From the human T2T-CHM13v2.0 reference genome, Homo sapiens: a DNA stretch of 64,000 bases. Shown piece after piece: positions 54,401-64,000 of this stretch. Position numbers and translations under genes: made by a program. Under the pieces are notes generated by a model. The model made no database searches. It was not told where the DNA came from and was given only the letters and a program-made list of their open reading frames with translations. Where the stretch lies: the NCBI RefSeq assembly GCF_009914755.1, contig NC_060937.1; one strand, written 5' to 3'. Position 1 is the stretch's first letter. The number at the start of each line of letters is the position of its first letter.

Positions 54401-56255
54401 GACGAAGTTAGGTCTACTCTAGTTATTTTTTCCTTTCCTCATTGCATTTAATATACACCCTGCATAAGGATCTTGCCACTGCATCTCTCTATGGGCTAAA
54501 AGTTCCGTTGATATAGACAAAATAACCAGCAAAGGCACTGTAAAATATAAATCCTACCAAAATATCTGGATAGTCTTTGAAACAAAATCAAAAGAAAGTC
54601 TCAATTTTGTAGTTGAAACCCTATACCCAAATATCATCTTGTATCCTGCACTTTGTAAAAAGTGAGTCTTTTTAACTCTCATCCTGCCAGTAAAGAAACC
54701 AAATGAACAAGGATATCAGTGATATCAATGTGCTCAAAACCTCAAGACCACCAGCAGAACTGCTATATCTTGTTTTCTGATAGTACCTAAACCAAATACC
54801 ATCCTGTCATCAATTTCTCCTGAAGCCACTTCAATTTAATGGATCTGTGTTCTACCTTTTTCAATGTACCTGTAGGCCAGTTGAGTTCATTTCTTTGCCT
54901 TTACCTGAGAAGGACAACAGTATACCTCAACAGTCTGCCCCAGGGATCATTAAAATTTCCTCCTACTTTTCCCAGATCTAGGACTTGAAATATCTAAATT
55001 TCCCTTGTGACTCAATACTTGTATAATATGTAGATTATCTGCTACTTTGTTCAGAAAATAAAGAAACCTGTAAAAATAATTTCATTTATTTACTCTCAGC
55101 CTTGCAGAAAAAATATATAAAGTTTCAAAAGTTAAATTACAATTTTGACAGAACACAGTTAATTATTTAGGGAATGACCTATCTGAAGAGAGAAAAAAAA
55201 TTCTCTCCTGATAGAAAAATAGTTATCCAATAACTATTTATCTACACCCCTCACAGTATGACAAGTGAAAAATTTTCTGTATTTGAGTGTTGCTGTGAAT
55301 GACTGCCATTTTTTTTCTGAGATTGCTACACCTCTTTATGAATTGACTAAGTCCTCTGTACAATATGCTCTATTCTGTAAGCTCAAACGTGAACAGGACC
55401 TTTGTACTCTAAAGAAGATGCTTCAACAGCCTCTTTCTCTAGACAACCATAAGCACAAATTGCCATTCATCTATTTGTGCATGAGCAATCTGGACAAGCT
55501 CTTGGAATTTTAACTTAACTTCAGGGCAACCATCAAATACCCCTTACTTATGATAGCCTTACCCTTGATCTGATTACAAAGGCGTATTTCTCTTATGTTA
55601 GGATGATAACTGCCAAAGAAAAATTCTATGATTCTGCTGAAGTAGTTCTAGGCTCCCCATTTCACCTCATGATCTTCATGAAGTAGAAACACTGTTACTG
55701 ACTGAGAACACACAACACATTTCGGCCAGCTGATTTACCTCTTATGAGATTTTATTACTCTCTCCTTCTTACATCACTATTTGGTATGGCAACACCCTGG
55801 ATACTGCCACTCTTCTGCCCCTATCAGAAGAAAGGAGCTTCATGATTGTCTTACCTTGGTTAGGGAGTTCTCTGTAAATATTGCTCAGGTGTATTACAGA
55901 CTCCTATTGAGAAGAACTCTGACCTAATATTGGTTGTTGATGGCTCATACTTCAAAACCAAAATTTGATGTTATCAAGCAGAATGTGCTATCAGTAATCT
56001 AAGCTCTCTTTTAGAATATAGTCTTCTACCTGAGATAAAAGCAGCCCAGATAGCAGGACTTATTTTATGTACTAGAGTTTGTCATGAAGCCAAAAACCAG
56101 AGTAAACATATGCACAGGAGACAGGTATGTTTGTGGAGTAGTAGTACATGACTGTGGCATGCTTGTGAAACAAAGGGTGTTTCTCGGCTCTGATGGAAAC
56201 TCATCAAAAACAGACAAGTCAAATAAAATTTAAATATGCTCCTGCCATCTACTAC
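51483..56255 (+). mobile_element. Decayed ERV1-class provirus: 5' LTR (~51483-52006), leader/gag, pro, RT, RNase H; no IN, env or 3' LTR seen
   Basis: LTR with AATAAA at ~51959. Protease-like FLVHMVTTLATLN at ~54108. RT motifs ILPVKKPNEQGY (54681), MDLCSTFF (54839), FAFT*EGQQYT and V*YVDYLLLC (55021). RNase H DLILVVDGSY (55921) and GVV.HD.GML.KQR (~56135). Confidence 0.88.
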
Positions 56256-58534
56256 TCTTAATGTGTTCGTATTTTGAATGTTCCCTTGTATTAACAATAT
56301 ATGAAATGTGTACATATATACATATATATTTATTTTTTGGCAAATTATAGCTAGCTCATTTACACTTTGAGCTTGAATTTTTCCACTGTAAATGTATGCC
56401 TTAAATTTACCAAAAGTTTTAAAGCTTTTGGATTTGCACCAACATGAAGAGTGAAAACTTTTCCTATTTCAATCTGATTAATTATCATCCAATGATAGTG
56501 ACTAAAGTATGATGGTTATATTGAACATCGTATGAATATATAAATAAAATATTCACATTTTCAGTCAATATATGGCATCAGTAAAAGAGTAGAAGGAAAT
56601 GTGAGTACCGCCACAGGATAAATATGTAGGTGGAGATATTATAAAGGGAATTCATTTTGGGGGGAACATTATTTTAGTCAGCTTTACAAATTGAGTTTCA
56701 GGAATAAACCTTGGTTTAATTTATAAATCCCCTGTTGATGTACATTGAGGTGTTAAAATTCCCAAATCAGTGAAATTTAAAATGTCTGAACATTTTCATT
56801 GAAACTTTGTGTGTATGTCTGTGATTTTCTACCCAAGATAAATTCTTGGAAATTGATTTAAAAATAAAGTGTGTCTATTTAAGTAATTTTACAGAGTCTC
56901 CCACTATCCTCCCAAAAAATGACAACCGTGCCATCTAGCAATATCAGTACATGAGAAGAGCTCTCACTTCAAATTCCTCCCACCCCATTTTTCAAGTGAC
57001 AAATTATCTAGTTTTTTATTTTTAAATTTTTCAGGGGAAACTTGCATGTAGCATTTTGAACAAATTTGATACATTGAACTATATTTTAGCTAGAACACGT
57101 GGCAATTAGAGGAGAGATTTGAGAATCCAAAACTAATTTCTAAATAGTTATTAGCAAGAAGTAAGAGAAAGAAACTTACCTTGGACAATCTGTAAAGAAA
57201 GAATTGAAAACAAACAAACAAAAAAACTAGTGATATATTGTGATAAACTGGAAAAATGTGAAACATAATAAAATATGTACAACAGAAGAATTAGAGGTAC
57301 AGATAATGGAAACTAGAGAAGCAAAAACTATCATTCACTTGCATCTAGGTATTGATAAGAAGTGTGGTGCAACATATGCATGATTGTTACCACATTTTTC
57401 AGGCAGGAAGATATGTATTTCTCATATTGGATTATTTCCATACCACTTTCAATGAATTTTGAATATATGCTAATCAAGAACCTATTCCATTTTTCCTTTA
57501 GACTTAAATGCTTCTGAGTTCAAAATATTTCTCACATTAGAATATAATTACCTACATTAATTGATTATTCTACTTTATATTTTAATGCATAAATTTTAAA
57601 CAAGAAAACAAGTGGACATATGTAGAGAGAAAGAGAAATTATCAGTTTGGTTGAGTTATATCAGATACAGTAATTTTAATATTTTATATATGCAGGTGTT
57701 TTTCTCTCAAAGAAGTCAAGTGTAAGAGTATTAGAAAAATAAAATGAAGTACTTTGGGTCATACTATCAATGTCTCTAAAATAGTAATATCTACCATGAA
57801 CATGTATACATAAAACACACCAGAATTTGTTTTAATCTCTGTAAAGATATAGGATGCCAGTACAAAGAAGTTATTTAAGTTAGGTTATAGGACTTCGGAA
57901 AACCGTATGCTAGAGTCTCTGCATGTTGTGAGGTGGAGGACAAGGGAGGGATGGAAAGAAGAACAAAGTTATTTTAATTTTGAAGTTTTGAATCTGTTTA
58001 TAAAGAAGGAAAAGCTGAATTGAAGAAATACACTGGGGAAAGTATTATGTAAAATGAGATGAAGTTTGTTACACAAAATATGTTCTTCTGGGGATGAAAG
58101 AGAATAGGCAGCTTTAATAAAGTGAGAGTCTCTGTCAGCACCCACTCTCCTGAAAACTTAGCTCCCAATTAGGATGCAATACATAGTCATTGGAATACTT
58201 TACTGGATACCACCCTAAGAAAAAGACTGCTTAGGAAAGGAGAAATGTGACATTAACATATCAAATATTAAGCCACATTTTGTTTTAACATCAGCATCAA
58301 AAAGATTCTATCCATGATTGTTTTTCATTTCTTTCTCTTTATAATTATATGTGAATGACAGTGAATTCATAAACCTATGAGTATATATATATATACTTTA
58401 AATATGAATTAGATTTATAAATATGTTACTCTAAATATATAAACTAAATAAAATGCATAATATATAATGGCATTTTTACCAGAAATAAAACTAATAATCT
58501 TTAAGTTAATAATAATTCAACTCAAGGTAGTTTT

Positions 58535-59770
58535 ACTTCAGTGAAGAGGGTTTGAAATGGCATCACTCCCAAACTTATAAGGCAAAAGTCGGACAGACTG
58601 CAAATTAATAATTTTTTTGGACCCCATCTCAGAACTGAGGTCCCAAGGCAAACAACTGACTGAAAAAACAGGCAAAAAAAGGCACCTGAATAAAGAAAAA
58701 ATGCTTGAACATTTACTTCTATAAGGCAGAGGCCATGGGTTGCAACATAAAGGAAAGTTCAGATTAAAATATTTAATCAGTTACTAAAGGCTGAGCACGA
58801 GTTAGCATGAGCGTGCTAGTGGATCAGCATAGGGGTTTGTACCCTATTGCAAGCTTTTGTCTGCACCCTAATCTCATCTTGAATTGTAGCACCTGTAATT
58901 CCCACATGTTGGGACCTGGTGAGAGATAACTGAATAATTGGGGCACTTTCCCCCACACTGTTCTCTTGGTAGTAAGTCTCATGAGATCTGATGGTGTTAT
59001 AATGGTTTTCTCCTTTTACTTGGCTCTCATTCTGTCTTGTCTGCCACCATGTAAGATGTGCTTTTCACTTTCTGAGATGATTATGAGGCCTCCCCAGCCA
59101 TGTGGAACTGTGAGTCCATTAAACCTGTTTTTCTTTATAAATTACCCAGTATCCAGTATGTCTTTATCAGCAGCAAAAAAATGGATGAATAGACATACTA
59201 TGTTTACTCTCTAGGTGGAAGAGGGCAAAAAGTTTTGAAAAGTCACACACATGAGATCCTGGAATACAGTGCCTACCTAAGACTGAAGCTTATTGAAAAC
59301 AGAAAACATTCTCTTGCCACTTCGTCCATAACAGGTTCTCAGGCATTGAGTAAAAGTAACAGTGGAATACAACTTAGTTACAAGAGACAGATTCTCTCCA
59401 GGCCACAGTGCAAAGGAAAGACCCAAAGGCAAAGGAAACAGATGTTAAGAAATTAACCTCCAGCAAACCACCCACACACTAAACAGAGATTGAAAGCTTC
59501 TGGTATACTGATGGTAACCATAAGAAAAACAAACATCAAACTAAATTCGAAAAAACAAATCCAACATTAAAGGGAAAGTCATGACCATCAGCAAACATAA
59601 ACCATATTTAACTCAGGGACTACCTTCCTACAAAGGTGTCTGTCTTTTAAGAACAGCAAATGAGATGTAAGAAAAGGGAAGGAAAAATACACTCCAGGGG
59701 TAAATGTCAATAATAAGAACTAAACTCAGATAATTATTAGACATGGAATTTAAAATAACTATAATTTATC
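58535..59770 (+). mobile_element. Old L1M 5'-region fragment, interrupted by a THE1 LTR
   Basis: A-rich sense L1 motifs (cagaactgaggtc.caaggcaaac; gaatttaaaataactataatt). Confidence 0.55.
58852..59192 (+). mobile_element. THE1 (THE1B/C-like) solo LTR
   Basis: aatctcatcttgaattgtagc...aattcccacatgt...gaggcctccccagccatgtggaactgtgagtccattaaacct. Confidence 0.92.
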
Positions 59771-60701
59771 AAATAATATGGTAATCTTTCCCTACTTCTT
59801 AACACCTATGACTCAGCATGTTTGTTGGTGGTGGAGACATCTGTGTTAGGAATGGATGGTATGTGGAGTCTGAAAAAAGACTTAAAAGGTGATCCTAAGA
59901 TCAGACTTTTAGGATCTTGGAATTAGTTGAAATTCTGAGTTAAATTTATTTGTGCTAAGGTTATATAAAAATTGCATATAATATCAGAAAGCATAAACTA
60001 TAAATGCTATCTAATTTTAGAATAGTATATTATGGGAATAAAGTTTGGTATATGTTAATAATTATCACTAAGTCTTGTACTAAAAACAGGCTTGGGATAA
60101 TTTGTACTTTCTTTCTCAATAAATTATTCACTTGTATCATTTTTTCCCTCTAGAATTTGCATTTCACATCAAATAGAATTTCTCTAGTATTTGTTTGATT
60201 AACAAAACATCTTAGGCTACAAGATTTTTGTATTTTAAAAACATAGAGTCTCTATATTTAATATATGTAATTTTAAATTTACCTTATTTTATTATTCAGT
60301 ATTCTACCTAAAATTACACTAGTTTACAACTTTCTTGAGCTATTGAATGTTTAATATTTTTCACAAGTATACCGTCAGCTTACTTTGGATTGTACTGGAA
60401 CAAGCTGCTCATAAAACGTTTGTCTAGGAAATATTATGGAATGCACAATGAGCTTTCTGATTTTCCAATTCACTGGCTTAATCTTTACTCCCTCTGTGGT
60501 TAAAACCTTAAAATCTTACTTTAGAAACACAAAAATACGGTGTCATAAATTATTATAAAATGATTCACTGCAGTTTTGTGGGTAAATTCCACACACTCTC
60601 ACAAAAGCTTGAGAATTCTTCTGGTATAGATTCTTGTTTTGTTGTTGTTGGTTGGTTGTTTCCCAAGGAGTGTATGATTATCTTGTGAAACAATTATCTT
60701 C

Positions 60702-61010
<309 letters not shown>

Positions 61011-61289
61011 ATTATCTTCATGATTGCTTTAAGTACACCAATATTCTAGTCAAAATTGCACATATAAATGACCTTAGCCAGTTCCTCAAATACACTATAG
61101 TAAGGATATGCATTATGAACCCTGTTGGAAATTAGTTGTTGTGTCAAGGAAATAACATCTAAGAACATTTCTGTTATTATGTAAACTGTATTTAGAAACA
61201 TAAATAGCCCTGCTTTACCAAAATTAGAAAATTCACCTGCTTTTTTTCACTATGCAAATAGGAAAAATTTGTGTATATGGGAGAGTACC

Positions 61290-61470
61290 GGGCTTGGGAT
61301 GGGAAAAGATATGTCTGAGTCGCAATTCACTTGTATGACCTTGGGGAATAAATATCTTTAAACTCTCAGAGCCTTAATTTCTTTTTCTGATGCAAAATGC
61401 AGATGCCAAATACATATTTGAAAGGACACTAATTGAGAAACTGTATATGAAATACTACATAAACAATAAA
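61290..61470 (+). mobile_element. MIR fragment
   Basis: tgtatgaccttgggg.aataa.tatctttaaactctcagagcctt.aatttct. Confidence 0.7.
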
Positions 61471-61488
61471 TTCCTACATGAATATAGC

Positions 61489-62517
61489 CATGGGTAGATT
61501 CAGGTTTTGTGGGCTTTGAAGCTTATACAATATGAAATAAAGGATACAAATAGTAAGTAATAATTTATATGCATATGAATATTTATTTATAATGAGTAAA
61601 ATTACAGCCAATTACAAAGCTAATAAAACTGAAATTACAATATATATCATAAAATCCAGAAAAATATCACTATACTCTTTGTAATTTACTCATTGACACT
61701 TCTATAATAATTTTTTTTCTGTATCATTTAGGTAAATACTCACTGATCACCTCTAGTTATAAAAATAATTTGAGATATTTCTTAAGTAAAGATAATTCAG
61801 TCTGGTGAACAGTTCTTTCCCCTTCAAAATCTACATAATCCCATTCCTACCTCCTATAGAATCTATGCAAATAGTGGACACATCTTCTGTACCTAGACTA
61901 AGGTCATGATGCCAAGAAAGTGGGCACATGTACCTGGAATAAGAACAGGAAGGAAAAAAGTCATAAGTGTACAGCAAAGTGAGCAAGTATACATTCAGTA
62001 AGAAATGAAGTCAGAAACATTAGTAGTTGGATAAATATCTTTTTGTTCACCATTCTATTCCTAATTCCTGGAATAGTTCCTGACATATAATAGGTACTCA
62101 ATAAATTATAGTTGAATAAATTTAAAAGTTCATGGATGAACGTAACTGGAAGTACTCCATCCTGATTCTTAGAAGCCATTTTCAAACTGAGAGCTCTAAC
62201 AATTACTTAACTATACGTGGACCGGACTATAACCATTTGAATATACACCACGAAAGTGGAACCAAATGTATTCCTTACTCTCCTTAATCATAACCTTATT
62301 CCAAAAGCACCTGCAACCACATTTATGCAAATGGACAGCAAGCTAAGTCTCATGGAGAGGGAAAGGAAGAGTAAAAATAGACACCATCTTCATTTAAAAA
62401 ATCTTTTAAAGACATAAAAATCATAGTGAACACCTTGCTAAAGCCCTGTGAAGGGGCTTATGCAATGAGGAGACATGCATCTTTACCTTCATTGGCTTTA
62501 TGGAAAATTCATCTCTG
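61489..62517 (+). mobile_element. hAT-Tip100 DNA transposon (Arthur1/MER53-like) containing an L2 3' fragment (~62040-62125)
   Basis: 5' end catgggtagattcaggttttgtgggctttgaagcttatacaat and 3' end cttcattggctttatggaaaattcatctctg. Degenerate TIRs and a weak 8-bp TSD (aatatagc / aatctaca). Confidence 0.7.
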
Positions 62518-63379
62518 AATCTACACTCATGCTCAAGATGATTCTTCTCAAGCAGAATGTCAGAAGTCTGCTGTGTAACTAAACAAGTTATATTTTTCAT
62601 AGAACTACAGTCTTCTTCATTTACTTTTAGTAGATTGCACCTCTGCTAATCTGGAGATAGCAACTGGTGGCATTCAGAAGTAATGACATGATATTAATTT
62701 ACTAGACTCAACCAACACTAGGTTTGCCATCCTGAAAATTATTCATGAAACCCACCTGGTCACAGTCAGCTCCAGATCTTTTCTTTCTTTTATAGTTTTA
62801 GGCCTTAATACACATTTCTATATACTGGATTTATTCCATAATGTTAAGTGTTGTGCACCCAATTTGGAGATAATACCTAATTCATTTTTGTGTTCTCAAT
62901 GCCTAGTACATTTTTGAGCAAGCATAATCTTAATAAATATTTGCAAAATCAATTAATTAAAAATACTCATGTAAATGCAGAGATTTTCAGTGTAGAAGAC
63001 AACATCTAAGAGTACATGCAGTTACGTGTACATGCAGTCACATGTAGGCTGCTACAATGCTATCATAGTTTTACAACTGAAATCTTTGTATCTGCTTCCT
63101 TGTATCTATTTTTATGAACTGCTTCCTTGTATCTATTTTTTAATAGAATATCCATATTTATATCCATATATATAAGATATATATATATACACACACACAC
63201 TAGAAATATACAATGAACATACTGCATAGAAATGAACTATATTTTATATATGTATATACATCTTGACAGCATGGTTCTGCAGATACTCTGCCTTTCTTTT
63301 TGAGGTGATTTTTTTCCCATCTTTATATTGCACACTCTATTCAACCTCCACGGATTGTTTTTCACTTCTATAAAGATAA

Positions 63380-63745
63380 AATGTACATTCTTTCATTAAC
63401 TCGCTTTGCACTCCTTCTGGTTTATTTCACCATAATATGAACTTGACTGGTTTTTGTTTTCAGAGTTTTAGCAAATTTTTACATGAAGGCATTTCCTGAC
63501 CATTGTACCTAAAGTAACTTTTATTTCTGTAGTTATTTCATCCTACTCTCTTCCCCATAACATTGCTCTATCTCTGAAATTATCTTGTCTATCTAAAAAT
63601 TTTCAAGTATCTTTCAAACCACTTTGGAAAAAGTAGCTTCTTGTATAAAGAGACTTTCTTTGCTATCTTATGTATAATATGTTCTCATTGTCTACAAGAG
63701 TGCCTCACAAAAAAGTTTCACAATAAGTATTTGTAGAATGAGTGG
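63380..63745 (+). mobile_element. L2 3' region
   Basis: gaaggcatttcctgacca...agtgcctcaca...caataagtatttgtagaatgagtg. Confidence 0.7.
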
Positions 63746-64000
63746 ATAATCATAACAGTGGGAAAATAACAATAAAAATGTAATTTGCTTATTAAATTTT
63801 AAATTTAATTTCTATATTTGGGTTACATTACCAAATATATTATGTAGAGTATAAAACTAAATATTATGAATTTTATAATTGTACAGTGATAATATTTTAA
63901 ATTTATATGCCTTATAAAATTATTTATAAAAGCTATTGATTTTTCCCCATTCATTATGTTATACAATTTACTTCAAAAGAATCACAGGGTACAAATGAGT

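Noticed and set aside
63093-63141. Tandem duplication of ctgcttccttgtatctattttt
   Set aside because: Ordinary slippage duplication with two copies only; not an array.

Overview
AT-rich primate (human-like) nuclear DNA with no recognisable intact protein-coding gene, RNA gene or CpG island; it reads as a gene desert or large intron. Most of it is old interspersed repeat: L1, L2, MIR, Alu, MaLR/ERVL/ERV1 LTR elements (including two complete MST elements and a decayed ERV1 provirus with pro-pol remnants) and hAT/Tigger DNA transposons. Nearly all listed ORFs are repeat or microsatellite artefacts. Three segments stand out. (1) A ~750-bp orphan retroposed insertion (8225-8973) has a poly(A) tail and a 12-bp target-site duplication. 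It matches no repeat or host gene I recognise, ends in TTAAGAAAAA, and shows weak by-eye resemblance to a bornavirus L C-terminus, so it is a candidate endogenous non-retroviral RNA-virus element. (2) A Ty3/Gypsy RNase H fossil at 36871-37216. (3) An old mitochondrial ND5 NUMT at 45024-45588. Repeat subfamily names come from remembered consensus sequences, not from a search.
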